Assembly (NCBI GenBank): GCA_016929525.1
Contig: JAFGIP010000048.1
Location: forward strand, 71,456-135,455
Reading direction: 5' to 3'
From: Bacteroidales bacterium
GTDB lineage: Bacteria; Bacteroidota; Bacteroidia; Bacteroidales; UBA10428
Length of the DNA stretch: 64,000 bases
Shown: one piece after another, positions 40,134-50,905 of the stretch
Numbering within the stretch: the stretch's first letter is position 1
How the letters are laid out: each line of letters opens with the position of its first letter
Notes under the pieces: model-generated
What the model was told of the DNA's origin: nothing
Seen by the model: only the letters and a program-made list of their open reading frames with translations
Databases searched by the model: none
Translations under genes and position numbers: made by a program

Positions 40134-41807
40134 TTATTCCCAACCCGGATTTTGCTCTAAAACTCCTTCGGAAAGTCGAACCTGCGATTCAGGAACCGGA
40201 AGGAATTTCCTATCCTCCTTAAATTGAATTTTATACGAACTTATCGTACCCGCATTGCTTACTGTTATTTGGGGTATGGATGCAAAAACACTTGCCAGAT
40301 CGCCCCAACGTAAAAGGTCGAAATAGTACAGACCTTCGCCTGCAAATTCATAAAGGCGTTCCTTTTTAATATTGGCTAATGATGCAGGAACAGAACCTAA
40401 ACCTGCACGTGATCTTACCTGATCCATATAATTTTGTGCATTGCTGCTTTCCAGTTCGGCTGCCATAAGCAGGATATCGGCAAATCGAAGTACATATTCA
40501 TCCTGCATGTTAATCATTTGAAGATTATCAGCCGTGGTATACCCCATAAGGATCCAAATGTTTGTAAGTGTGCCGGTAGCGTCAGGCACCCAGATAGGGA
40601 TATACTTTTTACAGAAAATACCTGTTGCATGCATTCCGGTATATTCACTGATATCAAGGCTATCCAATGTTCCTTCTACAGCAGTCGATTCAGGATCATT
40701 AGCGTTAGCCAATGTTCCCATTTTTCTTTCATCATCATTATCGTAAACATCCCAAAGTGCCGGTAAGGCGGGTCCTAAGCCCCATCCGGGTCCAAAAGGC
40801 AGAATGTAGCTATCGCGTACTCCAACATACAGCGAAAGCTGATTGGCACGTGCCAGAGTGTAATTATTAGTGTGGTTACCATCAGCATTGTATTTAATGG
40901 CAAATACAGTTTCGTAATTGCTGTTTGTTTCATCGGCCCAGGAAATACCTGTATTATAAATGTACGGATATTCAGGAATATTGGTATATGAACTTGAGTA
41001 TGGCCACAAACTTTGATAATGGGTCAGAAGTTGGTGTCCGCTATTGTTAATACAATCCTCAAGCCAGCCAATGACATCGCTTTTGGTAACGCTTCCTCCT
41101 TCAACAAGAGGTAACTCTGTTGCATCGTATGCACCCGTATAGAATAAGAAAACCCTGGCCATTAGTCCTTGTGCTGCCCAACGGGTAGCATGTCCAATCC
41201 TCTCGTCGGGAATGTTTTGAACCCTTGTTGAAGGCATAATTTCACATGCTACCTTCAGATCGGAAGCGATCTGGGCAAAAAGTTCTTCTTCTGATGCTCT
41301 CGGATAATTAACAGGAGCAGGATTGGTAATTAGAGGCACTGTACCGAAAAACTGGGCCAATCTGAAATAAAGATATGCACGTAAAAAGTGAGCTTCTCCC
41401 AGGTCCTGGTTTCGCCGGGTTTCGTCTTCGTAAACGGCCTGATCAAACCTTTTCAGTATCATATTAACCCTTAAAATTCCTTTGTAATATTCCCCCCAAA
41501 AATTAATATAAGCATCTTCAATGCTGAATTCAAAAGCATCGCAGCCATGTGCAACAGCATCTTCTACTCCACCCCCACCGGCGAAATAAGGTGAAAGCAT
41601 AATTCCAAGCAGGGTTGGCTGGTTCATTCCCGGCCCGACAGGAAGTATTGAATATACACCCGTAAGAGCTTCTCCAATTTCCTGTTCATTCTGGTAATAA
41701 TTGTCATCAAGTCTGCCGTACAGGTTTTGTCGGTCCAAAAAGTCCTCGCTACAGCTGAATGTTCCAAATGCTATAGCAACTATTAAGATATATTTTAATG
41801 TTTTCAT
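40134..41807 (-). CDS. RagB/SusD family nutrient uptake outer membrane lipoprotein
   Basis: Lipobox FSC-SEDFLD, GEAHFLRAYLYF, RFADILLMAAE, ER..EFAGEG…FDL.RWG, QNPGW end. Confidence 0.95.
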   Translation of the reverse strand: MKTLKYILIVAIAFGTFSCSEDFLDRQNLYGRLDDNYYQNEQEIGEALTGVYSILPVGPGMNQPTLLGIMLSPYFAGGGGVEDAVAHGCDAFEFSIEDAYINFWGEYYKGILRVNMILKRFDQAVYEDETRRNQDLGEAHFLRAYLYFRLAQFFGTVPLITNPAPVNYPRASEEELFAQIASDLKVACEIMPSTRVQNIPDERIGHATRWAAQGLMARVFLFYTGAYDATELPLVEGGSVTKSDVIGWLEDCINNSGHQLLTHYQSLWPYSSSYTNIPEYPYIYNTGISWADETNSNYETVFAIKYNADGNHTNNYTLARANQLSLYVGVRDSYILPFGPGWGLGPALPALWDVYDNDDERKMGTLANANDPESTAVEGTLDSLDISEYTGMHATGIFCKKYIPIWVPDATGTLTNIWILMGYTTADNLQMINMQDEYVLRFADILLMAAELESSNAQNYMDQVRSRAGLGSVPASLANIKKERLYEFAGEGLYYFDLLRWGDLASVFASIPQITVSNAGTISSYKIQFKEDRKFLPVPESQVRLSEGVLEQNPGWE

Positions 41808-41824
41808 TATTAATTTTTTACAAG

Positions 41825-44800
41825 TTAAAATTTAACGCTTAATCCAATCATATATGTTCTGGACTGGGGATACAATCCCAGGTCGAATCCGGAAGCCCAA
41901 CTGGCAGCATCGTCATCTTCTTCCGAATCCGGTCCGTAACCCACCTCGGGATCCATTCCGTTGTATTTCGTAAATGTATAGAGGTTTTGAGCACTTACAT
42001 ACAACCTTAATTCGCGAATAGCACCCCATTTAATCAATCCACTGAAATCGTAACCTATTGTAAGATTACTGATTCTGAAGTAGTCGGCATCGTGAATGTA
42101 AATATCCGACATGTAGCGGGTACTTGCTGTTGCAACGCTTGTCAGTCGCGGTAATGTTCCGTCGGGATTACGGGTTTCGTGCCAGGTAGCCTCTGCATAA
42201 TCGTATGACATATTTTGTTTTGGGCCGTCGGTAAATGATCTCCACGACTGGGCAATTTGGTGACCAGCTTTACCAACACCGGCAAATTCCAGGTATGCAT
42301 TTTTATATTCAAGATTGATCGTTAAACCGAAAATGTAATCCGGATTCGGATCTCCAATCATAACTTTGTCATCGTCATTAATAAGTCCGTCGCCATTTTG
42401 ATCGACAAAGCGCAATTCACCGGGAACCAGATTCTCTTCAGTAAGGGTTTCATCATAAACCGGTTCGGTACCGTTTGTTGCTGCATATGCATCGGCAGCT
42501 GATGTGAGGCTGTTCAGATAGATTTCTGCTTCTGTATCATTCTGGATGATACCATCGGTTTCGTATCCCCAGAAATAACCCACCGGATATCCTACTTCTG
42601 CACGGTACATCTCAGAGGTTCCGTGACTTAGCACATTAGGTACACCGTGAATAATTTTCTCACTATTGTTAATATTGGTAACTTTATTCTTATTATGCGC
42701 CATAGTAGCCGTAATACTATACCTGAAATCACTTCTTTGTTCTGTCCATTTTAACATAAGTTCGACACCTTTGTTTTCAATGGTTCCTCCATTTATAAAT
42801 GGAGCATCTGATCCAAATATAAGAAGAGCGGGAGCGTCTACTAACCAATCCTTGGTTGTTTTTTTATACCAGTCGAAGGACGATTGCAAGCGGTTATTGA
42901 ATAAATTCATATCAAGCCCGACATCAGTCTGAACCGATGTTTCCCAAACAAGCAAAGGATTAGGGAGTTGTAGCAGACCACTTCCAGTGGTAGTTACGGT
43001 CCGGTCGGTTCCAAACATATAGCCAGCATCTTCATAAGATATTTGAGCTACATCTTGGAAAGGAGGATAAATATCCTGGTTACCATTCTGTCCCCAGCTC
43101 CCCCTTATTTTGAGATAGCTGATCTGAGGAATGCTTTCCATGAAATTTTCCTGGCTCAATATCCACCCTGCAGAAACCGAATGGAAATCGTCGAATCGGT
43201 ATTCAGGTGCAAAGTTCGAAGAACCGTCCAAACGGTATACGTATGTAAAAAGATACGTTTCGCGAAAATCGTATGAGAGGCGGCCAAAATACGATGACAT
43301 CGCCCAGCCATAATCATCCCTGCCTCTCATATTTATATATGTTAAATTGGACATAGAAACGTTATCAATATAAGCATGTTCAAAATCGCCAAAATTACTT
43401 TCGCGGTTTTCTGCTTCCAATTCAAGTGATCTTTCATTTTTTTGGGCTTCCTGACCAACCAGTACACTCAAATTATGGTCATCGAATAAATTAAAACTAT
43501 AGGAAACAGTATTGGTCCAAATCCATGTATATCCCTGGTAAGTCGACTGATTTACCCTGTCGGTTAGTTCGTAGGTTTGCCTGGCAATATCGTATTCCGG
43601 AACATAAATACGGGTACTTCCCCACCAACTATTTACACCAAACGAACTGCGCAGTTTCAGGTTTTTGATGGGTTCCAGTTCGAAGTAGGCATTACCGACA
43701 ATCCGGTTGTGTGAGTTTTCGTTATTGCTTTGTTCATAATCCATGAAGGCAATAGGGTTTGGACTGTTGCTCCAATATTCCAGATTGTCATAATGTTCAT
43801 CATCTCTTCCATCCAATGCATAGTGGTATTCCCCGTCGGGATAGTAAACAGGCATAAACGGACATGCAGTCAGCATCGACCGCAAATCGTTCCAGTATAG
43901 GTTTCCATCGGCTACTGAAGGATTTTCATTATGCGTATAGGTAAAATTCTCACCGAACGTTACAAGCGAATGGCCTCTGAATTCTTTCAAAATGTGATCT
44001 GAATTTAAGCGTAGCGTTATCCTTTCATAATCCGATTTGGTCTGTTTTCCAAGCAAACCTTCATCGTAGAGGTAAGAAGCACCTGCAGCATACGATGAAC
44101 GCTCCGAACTGCCGGTAATATTCAGGGTATGGCTTTGAATTACTGCATTTTCATTAACGAATTCATCGAACCAGTTGGTTCCTTCGTTTGAACCGTTCTG
44201 GATATTTTCCCAGTCGGGAGTAATTAAAGCAAAGTCGAATGTATCACCTGTACTGTTGTAGTATTGCTCGTTCATATAATATGCATAATCCTTTGCATTT
44301 AGCATATTGGGATTTTTGGCCACATTTTGCCAACCGAAATATGCATCGTACGATATAACTGTTTCTTTTCCTTTTTTCCCCTTCTTGGTGGTAACCAGAA
44401 CAACACCGTTAGCTGCCTGCGAACCATAAATAGCGGAAGAAGCAGCATCTTTCAGCACATCAATGCTTTCGATATCGGCCGGACTCAGGTAATCGATATC
44501 ATCAACCTGTATCCCGTCGACTACATACAGAGGAGCAGCATTTTGTATCGTACCCATTCCCCTGATATAGACCTTGGTTCCTGCTCCGGGTCTTCCACTT
44601 TCTTTGGTGATCGATACCCCGGGACTTATTCCCTGCAACGATGACATAGCATCGGTTGTATTTCTTCGTTGCAGTTCTTCGCCATCGATATTCAATGTAG
44701 CTCCGGTATTTAACTTTTTCTTTTGCACACCATATCCGATCACCACAATTTCATCGAGTCCGAGAATATCTTCTTCAAGCATTACAGCCATAGTTAAACT

Positions 44801-45109
44801 TTCCGGTACAGTTAATTCTTCCTCTCTAAAACCAACATAACTAAATACCAGGATATCTCCGATATTTGCTTTAATTGAAAAGTTACCGGAAATGTCTGTA
44901 GTTGTTCCTACTGTAGTTCCTTTAATCAGAACGTTTACACCGGGAAGTGAGTTACCATCAGCATCGGTAACATTGCCGGTGACTGTTTCTTGCCTTAGTT
45001 CACTGGTCAATCCTGGATTATTTGCCAGAATTTCCGACTGCGTAATGGAAAAAAGTGCAACACAAACTATTGCAATTTTCCATTTCGATAATTTTAGTCT
45101 AGATCGCAT
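41825..45109 (-). CDS. SusC/RagA family TonB-linked outer membrane protein
   Basis: LPGVNV.IKGT, VVIGYG, IESIDVLKDA.S.AIYG..AANGVVLVTTK, LKIRGSWG, terminal F. Confidence 0.97.
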   Translation of the reverse strand: MRSRLKLSKWKIAIVCVALFSITQSEILANNPGLTSELRQETVTGNVTDADGNSLPGVNVLIKGTTVGTTTDISGNFSIKANIGDILVFSYVGFREEELTVPESLTMAVMLEEDILGLDEIVVIGYGVQKKKLNTGATLNIDGEELQRRNTTDAMSSLQGISPGVSITKESGRPGAGTKVYIRGMGTIQNAAPLYVVDGIQVDDIDYLSPADIESIDVLKDAASSAIYGSQAANGVVLVTTKKGKKGKETVISYDAYFGWQNVAKNPNMLNAKDYAYYMNEQYYNSTGDTFDFALITPDWENIQNGSNEGTNWFDEFVNENAVIQSHTLNITGSSERSSYAAGASYLYDEGLLGKQTKSDYERITLRLNSDHILKEFRGHSLVTFGENFTYTHNENPSVADGNLYWNDLRSMLTACPFMPVYYPDGEYHYALDGRDDEHYDNLEYWSNSPNPIAFMDYEQSNNENSHNRIVGNAYFELEPIKNLKLRSSFGVNSWWGSTRIYVPEYDIARQTYELTDRVNQSTYQGYTWIWTNTVSYSFNLFDDHNLSVLVGQEAQKNERSLELEAENRESNFGDFEHAYIDNVSMSNLTYINMRGRDDYGWAMSSYFGRLSYDFRETYLFTYVYRLDGSSNFAPEYRFDDFHSVSAGWILSQENFMESIPQISYLKIRGSWGQNGNQDIYPPFQDVAQISYEDAGYMFGTDRTVTTTGSGLLQLPNPLLVWETSVQTDVGLDMNLFNNRLQSSFDWYKKTTKDWLVDAPALLIFGSDAPFINGGTIENKGVELMLKWTEQRSDFRYSITATMAHNKNKVTNINNSEKIIHGVPNVLSHGTSEMYRAEVGYPVGYFWGYETDGIIQNDTEAEIYLNSLTSAADAYAATNGTEPVYDETLTEENLVPGELRFVDQNGDGLINDDDKVMIGDPNPDYIFGLTINLEYKNAYLEFAGVGKAGHQIAQSWRSFTDGPKQNMSYDYAEATWHETRNPDGTLPRLTSVATASTRYMSDIYIHDADYFRISNLTIGYDFSGLIKWGAIRELRLYVSAQNLYTFTKYNGMDPEVGYGPDSEEDDDAASWASGFDLGLYPQSRTYMIGLSVKF

Positions 45110-45500
45110 CTTTTCTTAGTTTAATAGATTAAATTGTTATTAGGTTTATTCAATAAAAAGTTTATTTGATATATTTTAAGTTTATTTTTAGGTTATAATT
45201 TATAAGTTACTCTTTTTTCTCATTTATATAAAGGACATCGATTTGGTTGTGATCAATAAAATTATCATCTTTCATTCTCCAATCATGTATATCTGATAGA
45301 ACAGCTTTATCAATTTATTGCTGATGTTTATGCTAAAGTGCAAGATGGTATTTTATTAAAACAACTTATTTAATTGCCTTCTAATGATTTAATTACAACA
45401 GTCGATATCCTGATATTTATATTGCATTGAAATACCATCATCTTCATATAATACAAACTGCACGCATATTTCCCTTAGTGACTGATAAATTCATTGATCA

Positions 45501-46262
45501 ATGAATAAAAAGTTAATTATGAATAAATATTTCTACGAAGTATTCGAAAATATACCCCGTCAGGGACCAGGCACAGTTGATGCTACATTAAAAGCACTGA
45601 ACTCAATTAAAAGCAGATTACCTGGCCAGACTGCAATTTTAGATATTGGATGTGGTAAAGGTGTACAATCCATTATACTGGCGCAAAACACTGAAGGATC
45701 GATCACTGTTTTAGATAATCACCAGTTCTTTCTCGATTGTGTTCGGGATAAAGCAGAAAAAGGAGGATTTGGTGACAGATTTAAATATGTGAATGCTGAT
45801 ATGAGCAATCTTGCTTTCAATACTGAAGAATTCGATATTCTTTGGGCAGAGGGAAGCATTTTTGTTATTGGTATAAAAGCGGGACTAAAGCAATGGAAAA
45901 AGCATATCAGACAGAATGGATTTTTAGTTCTCAGTGATCTGCTTTGGCTTTCTGATAACAGACCTGCTGAATTAACCGAATATTTTGAGAATGAATGTAT
46001 GTATGTCTTAACGGTTGATGAAGCATTGGAAGAAGCCAGGAAGAACGGATATTCTGTAATTGATCATTTCACTCTGCCTTTGGAGGGTTGGACAACGGAA
46101 TTTATTGATCATGAGACCAGGGTAATTGCAGATTTAAGGAATAAGTATAAAAATATTCCTGAAGCAATATCAACTTTCGATGCCATACAGTATGAAAGTG
46201 CTATTGTCAAAAAATATCTCGGATATTTTGGATATGAATTTCTGATTTTGTGTAATAGTTAA
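45501..46262 (+). CDS. Class I SAM-dependent methyltransferase
   Basis: PRQGPG, ILDIGCGKG, FDILWAEGS. Confidence 0.9.
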   Translation: MNKKLIMNKYFYEVFENIPRQGPGTVDATLKALNSIKSRLPGQTAILDIGCGKGVQSIILAQNTEGSITVLDNHQFFLDCVRDKAEKGGFGDRFKYVNADMSNLAFNTEEFDILWAEGSIFVIGIKAGLKQWKKHIRQNGFLVLSDLLWLSDNRPAELTEYFENECMYVLTVDEALEEARKNGYSVIDHFTLPLEGWTTEFIDHETRVIADLRNKYKNIPEAISTFDAIQYESAIVKKYLGYFGYEFLILCNS

Positions 46263-46324
46263 GCGTTCCGGAAATAAACGATATAGAAAAAAGTGAAATT
46301 AGTGTTTTTACGGGCAATGTCTAA

Positions 46325-47629
46325 TTAACATACAGAACCATAAATATCATATTCTTCGGCATTTGTAATCCGAATTCTGTAAAAATTGCCAATATTCAGA
46401 GGCATATCTGATTTAACAATGACCTCGTTATCAACCTCGGGCGAATCAGCTTCGCTCCTTCCGATGTAATATTCACCTTCACTTCTGTCAATTAATACAT
46501 TAATATTAGTGCCAACTTTGGAAGCATTAATTTCATAGGAAATGCTTCTCTGAATATTGATTAATTCTTCCAGTCGTTTATTCTTAATTTCTTCCGGAAT
46601 ATCATCTTTGAAATTTCTTGCACCAAAAGTGTCTTCTTCTTCACAGTATGTGAACACACCAAGTCGGTCAAAACGAATTTTCTCAACTAAATCATTCAGC
46701 TCTGCAAATTCTTTTTCTCCTTCACCCGGATGACCAACCATCAATGTCGTGCGCAGAGTAAGGTCAGGCACCTCATTTCTTAATAAATCTATCAGGTTGT
46801 ATGTTTGTTGCTTATTTAATCCACGTCGCATGTTTTTAAGGACAGGATCACTGATGTGCTGGAATGGGATATCAAGGTAATTACAGATATTTTCATGATT
46901 AAGCATCACTTTAAGCACATCCTTAGGGAATCCGGTCGGATAAGCATAATGAAGACGTATCCATTGAAGTCCGCTGATATCAGAAAGTTGTTCCAGCAAG
47001 CTTGCTAAAAGCTGCTTCCGATTTAGATCGACACCATAATATGTCAGATCCTGCGCGATGAGTATGAGTTCCTTAACACCATTGTTAACAAGGATTTTAG
47101 CTTCCCTAAGAATATTTTCAACCGGTTTTGACCTGTGCTTACCACGCATAAGGGGAATTGCACAAAAAGAGCATTGCCGGTCACATCCTTCCGATATTTT
47201 AAGATATGCATAATGTTTTGGAGTAGTTATAAGCCTCTCTCCTACCAAATTTTCTTTATAATTGTATCCCAGGTGCTTAATAATCTGCATCATATCATTT
47301 GCACCGAAATACTTATCGACATCCGGTATTTCATTCTGCAGATCATTTTTATAACGTTCAGACAAACAACCCATTACATAAAGTTCGCCAATGTCTCCCC
47401 TTTCCTTAGCCTTTGTAAATTGTAATATAGTATCTATCGATTCCTCTTTTGCATCCTTTATAAAACCACAGGTATTTATTATAACGGCATCGGATGGTTC
47501 ATTAGAATTGTGCACCACCTGCAATCCGTTCTCACTAAGCTGTTTCATTAAAACTTCCGAATCGACGATATTCTTCGAGCAGCCCAGGGTTACCATGTTG
47601 ATTGTCTTTCTGTTATTCTTCGCACGCAT
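46325..47629 (-). CDS. rimO: Ribosomal protein S12 methylthiotransferase RimO
   Basis: TLGCSKN.VDSE, NTCGFI..AKEES, radical SAM CDRQCSFC, SEADSPEVD TRAM end. Confidence 0.96.
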   Translation of the reverse strand: MRAKNNRKTINMVTLGCSKNIVDSEVLMKQLSENGLQVVHNSNEPSDAVIINTCGFIKDAKEESIDTILQFTKAKERGDIGELYVMGCLSERYKNDLQNEIPDVDKYFGANDMMQIIKHLGYNYKENLVGERLITTPKHYAYLKISEGCDRQCSFCAIPLMRGKHRSKPVENILREAKILVNNGVKELILIAQDLTYYGVDLNRKQLLASLLEQLSDISGLQWIRLHYAYPTGFPKDVLKVMLNHENICNYLDIPFQHISDPVLKNMRRGLNKQQTYNLIDLLRNEVPDLTLRTTLMVGHPGEGEKEFAELNDLVEKIRFDRLGVFTYCEEEDTFGARNFKDDIPEEIKNKRLEELINIQRSISYEINASKVGTNINVLIDRSEGEYYIGRSEADSPEVDNEVIVKSDMPLNIGNFYRIRITNAEEYDIYGSVC

Positions 47630-47814
47630 TTTGGAATCGGTGAAATAATGTTTGATTTAGAGGGAAAGAAGCCACCTTCTTTCATCCTATATGGATAGCA
47701 ATTTTATCTTTATCCACACAATCTTTCATAACAACAGTTTAACAGTTCAGTTACTCATCCGATAGCAATCCCGACGGTTAAGTATTCAACACGCAATGCC
47801 TTTAGACCAATGGA

Positions 47815-48765
47815 TTAGGAAAAAAGTGAGTCAACAAACTCACTCTTGTTAAACAGCTTCAGGTCTTCCATTTTTTCGCCAATACCAATATATTTTACTG
47901 GAATTTTAAACTGGTCGGAAATTCCAAGGACCACCCCTCCTTTTGCTGTTCCGTCAAGTTTGGTAATCGCAAGAGCATTAACCTGTGTTGCGTTTATAAA
48001 CTGCCTGGCCTGTTCAAAAGCATTTTGTCCTGTAGATCCGTCGAGTATCAGGAGAACTTCGTGAGGAGCACCGGGAATTACTTTATCCATCACCTTCTTT
48101 ATCTTTGAAAGCTCATTCATAAGATTGATCTTATTATGCAGTCGTCCGGCAGTATCAATAATTACTATATCCGCATTGTTTGATTTTGCTGATGATATTG
48201 CATCAAAAGCAACACTGGCAGGATCTGATCCCATTTGCTGTTTAACTATTGGTACACCGACACGTTCAGCCCAAATACTGAGCTGATCGACTGCTGCTGC
48301 GCGGAATGTATCTGCAGCTCCAAGGTATACTATTTTTCCTGCCTGCTTATAGTGGTATGCCAGTTTTCCGATCGTGGTTGTTTTTCCAACACCATTAACC
48401 CCTACAACCATTACTACATAAGGTTTCTCATGTAAAGGGGCATTAAATTCCAACAATTTCCCGGTATTGTTTTCTGTAAGCAGTGCTTCAATTTCTTCTT
48501 TAAGTATTATATTTAATTCATTAGTATTTAAATACTTATCATAAGAAGCACGTTTTTCAATTCTGTCTATGATTCTAAGCGTGGTATCAACGCCAACATC
48601 AGAAGTTACAAGCACTTCTTCCAGGTTATCAAGTACTTCGTCATCAACAGTTGATTTTCCAACAACTGCACGAGACAATTTTTTAAAAATAGATTCCTTG
48701 GTCTTTTCAAGACCTTTCTCAAGATTGTTTTCAGAATCTTTACGAAGAAAGGAGAATTTAGCCAT
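47815..48765 (-). CDS. ftsY: Signal recognition particle receptor FtsY
   Basis: GVNGVGKTTT, DTFRAAA, DTAGR, TKLDGTAKGG. Confidence 0.97.
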   Translation of the reverse strand: MAKFSFLRKDSENNLEKGLEKTKESIFKKLSRAVVGKSTVDDEVLDNLEEVLVTSDVGVDTTLRIIDRIEKRASYDKYLNTNELNIILKEEIEALLTENNTGKLLEFNAPLHEKPYVVMVVGVNGVGKTTTIGKLAYHYKQAGKIVYLGAADTFRAAAVDQLSIWAERVGVPIVKQQMGSDPASVAFDAISSAKSNNADIVIIDTAGRLHNKINLMNELSKIKKVMDKVIPGAPHEVLLILDGSTGQNAFEQARQFINATQVNALAITKLDGTAKGGVVLGISDQFKIPVKYIGIGEKMEDLKLFNKSEFVDSLFS

Positions 48766-48830
48766 AGCTTTATAAAAAAAAAGCCTTCTTAAAAAAGAAA
48801 GCTTAAAAATAAATATTTTATTCGGTAGTT

Positions 48831-48983
48831 TTAGTCAGCGAAGAAATCCTTCATCTGATCAATGTGTAAGATCTCTTCCTGAAAAGAATATCCTCCGGTT
48901 TTTTCAGACTTCACCATTTTAATGCATTTATGAACTACTCTGCCTTCCTTACTCTTAAGTGTTGCAACAACTTTCTTTGCCAT
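48831..48983 (-). CDS. DUF4295 family small protein (50 aa; missing from the ORF track)
   Basis: Translates to MAKKVVATLKSKEGRVVHKCIKMVKSEKTGGYSFQEE…, in its usual position between rpmG and ftsY. Confidence 0.85.
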   Translation of the reverse strand: MAKKVVATLKSKEGRVVHKCIKMVKSEKTGGYSFQEEILHIDQMKDFFAD

Positions 48984-48991
48984 AATTCAAA

Positions 48992-49174
48992 TTATTTGAT
49001 TTCCCTGTGAAGGGTCATTTTCTTTAAAATAGGATTATACTTTTTAAGTTCCATTCTGTCGGGTGTATTCTTACGATTTTTCGTTGTAATATATCGTGAA
49101 GTCCCGGGCATACCTGAATCTTTATGCTCGGTGCATTCAAGAATTACCTGTACCCTGTTACCTTTCTTAGCCAT
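48992..49174 (-). CDS. rpmG: 50S ribosomal protein L33
   Basis: [17 protein letters not shown]…[19 protein letters not shown]. Confidence 0.97.
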   Translation of the reverse strand: MAKKGNRVQVILECTEHKDSGMPGTSRYITTKNRKNTPDRMELKKYNPILKKMTLHREIK

Positions 49175-49191
49175 ATGTAAAGTTCTTAATT

Positions 49192-49434
49192 TTAATATTT
49201 ATTAATATAGCCTTTACTCTTTGCTTCTTTCAGGGCGTTGTTTAACCCTTTTTTTGCAATGTTTCTTATACCTGCAGCTGATACGCGTAAAGTAATCCAA
49301 CGCTCTTCTTCTGGAAGATAGAATTTCTTATCAAACAGGTTAGGATAAAATCTTCTTTTTGTCCGTCGCTTTGAGTGAGAAACATTGTTTCCCACCATCA
49401 TTTTCTTTCCTGTTATCTGACAAATCCGTGACAT
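49192..49434 (-). CDS. rpmB: 50S ribosomal protein L28
   Basis: [10 protein letters not shown]…GNNVSHS.RRTKRRF.PNL. Confidence 0.97.
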   Translation of the reverse strand: MSRICQITGKKMMVGNNVSHSKRRTKRRFYPNLFDKKFYLPEEERWITLRVSAAGIRNIAKKGLNNALKEAKSKGYINKY

Positions 49435-49625
49435 GATTTTCTTTGGTTAACATACGTTTTCTAAAAACAGTTCGCAAAGTACGCTAAAATATTTTTAATA
49501 TTCAAATGATATTTACAGTTATTTATATTATTTGAAGAAATTTTATGTATAAAAATGAAAACAATGATCCGTAAAACTGAAATTATGGAATAATGAATTG
49601 TTGTGATACTATATCATTTATTCCA

Positions 49626-50873
49626 TTATTCAAATTCCAGGATTGCATTCCTAAGCATATTTAATGCATAAATGGTTGCTTTTTCAATATTTCTTCCCCT
49701 GTGATCGCCCAACTGATAAACCTGAGAATACACTCCTTTATGATGTGAAACAGAAAGCCAGGTAGTTCCGACAGGTTTATCTTTGGTTCCTCCCCCAGGC
49801 CCTGCGATACCTGAAGTTGCAATCCCGAAATCAGTGCTGAATTTCTCTCTTATTCCAACAGACATTGCTTCAACGACATATTTACTTACTGCGCCATAAT
49901 TTGAAATAAGCTCCCGGGGAACACCGACTATATCCTTTTTAATTGAATTTGAATAGGCAACAACCGAACCAATGAAATAATCAGATGATCCGGGAATGCC
50001 TGTAATCCTGTGGGCAATATTTCCACCGGTGCAACTTTCGACAGTTGAGACAGTCTTTTTTTTATTTCTGAGCAGCTCACCAATAACTGATTCAAGACTA
50101 TCATCATCATAACCGAAAATATACTTTGGTCCAATGATTTTCGATAAATATGATATATGGTTGTTCAATTTAAGTTTTAGTTGATCTTTATTATTGCCTG
50201 ATATAGAAATTCTTAATTTGACAATTCCCGGAGAAGGCAGATAAGCTAAGCGGGTGTTATTATCTAGTTTCTTTTCCCAAATATTTAATATATCTGCAAT
50301 ACCGGACTCCGGCAGTTCCGCTGTTAATATCGTTTTATGAATTATAACGGGAAGGCTGAAATTATTTGTCAGGTACGGTATCACTTCATCATACATGATA
50401 CCTTTCATTTCGTATGGGACACCCGGTAATGATATGATAGTTTTGTCGTTCTTTTTAAAAAGCATTCCGGGAGCACTGCCATTGCGGTTTCTCAAAACAG
50501 TGCAGGTATCAGGCACCTCAGCTTGTCTGATATTACATTCTGTTGCCTCTATTCCTCTTGCTTTCAATAGTTTATTGATATATTCCATGGAAAATTCATC
50601 GAGTACGGGTGTTCCCCCGAAATATTCCATCAGTGTCTTTTTGGTAATATCATCGTTTGTTGGTCCTAATCCACCGGTAATTATAATTATATCAGATTCT
50701 TGTATAGCTTCATCTAAAGTTATAATTATATCAATTTTACGATCGGCAATGGAATAGATGCGATAAACATTTATACCCAGACTATTAAGTTCAAATGCAA
50801 TAAATGCCGAATTTGAGTCTATTGTATGACCAATAAGGATCTCATCGCCTATGGTAATAATATCGGCTTTCAT
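49626..50873 (-). CDS. cinA: Competence/damage-inducible protein A (CinA, with NMN deamidase domain)
   Basis: IGDEILIG…N, TGGLGPT.DDIT, LPGVP.EM, ESCTGG, SGIAGPGGG. Confidence 0.92.
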   Translation of the reverse strand: MKADIITIGDEILIGHTIDSNSAFIAFELNSLGINVYRIYSIADRKIDIIITLDEAIQESDIIIITGGLGPTNDDITKKTLMEYFGGTPVLDEFSMEYINKLLKARGIEATECNIRQAEVPDTCTVLRNRNGSAPGMLFKKNDKTIISLPGVPYEMKGIMYDEVIPYLTNNFSLPVIIHKTILTAELPESGIADILNIWEKKLDNNTRLAYLPSPGIVKLRISISGNNKDQLKLKLNNHISYLSKIIGPKYIFGYDDDSLESVIGELLRNKKKTVSTVESCTGGNIAHRITGIPGSSDYFIGSVVAYSNSIKKDIVGVPRELISNYGAVSKYVVEAMSVGIREKFSTDFGIATSGIAGPGGGTKDKPVGTTWLSVSHHKGVYSQVYQLGDHRGRNIEKATIYALNMLRNAILEFE

Positions 50874-50905
50874 GAAGAATAATTAATAATATAATTTATT
50901 ATCTA

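Noticed and set aside
47758-47774. Degenerate TCCGATAGCAATCCCGA resembling the TCCCGA palindrome family
   Set aside because: It does not form a proper inverted repeat, so it is too weak to call.
48992-49434. L33 and L28 lacking full zinc-ribbon Cys sets
   Set aside because: This is the ordinary form in Bacteroidota and does not indicate zinc-starvation paralogues.
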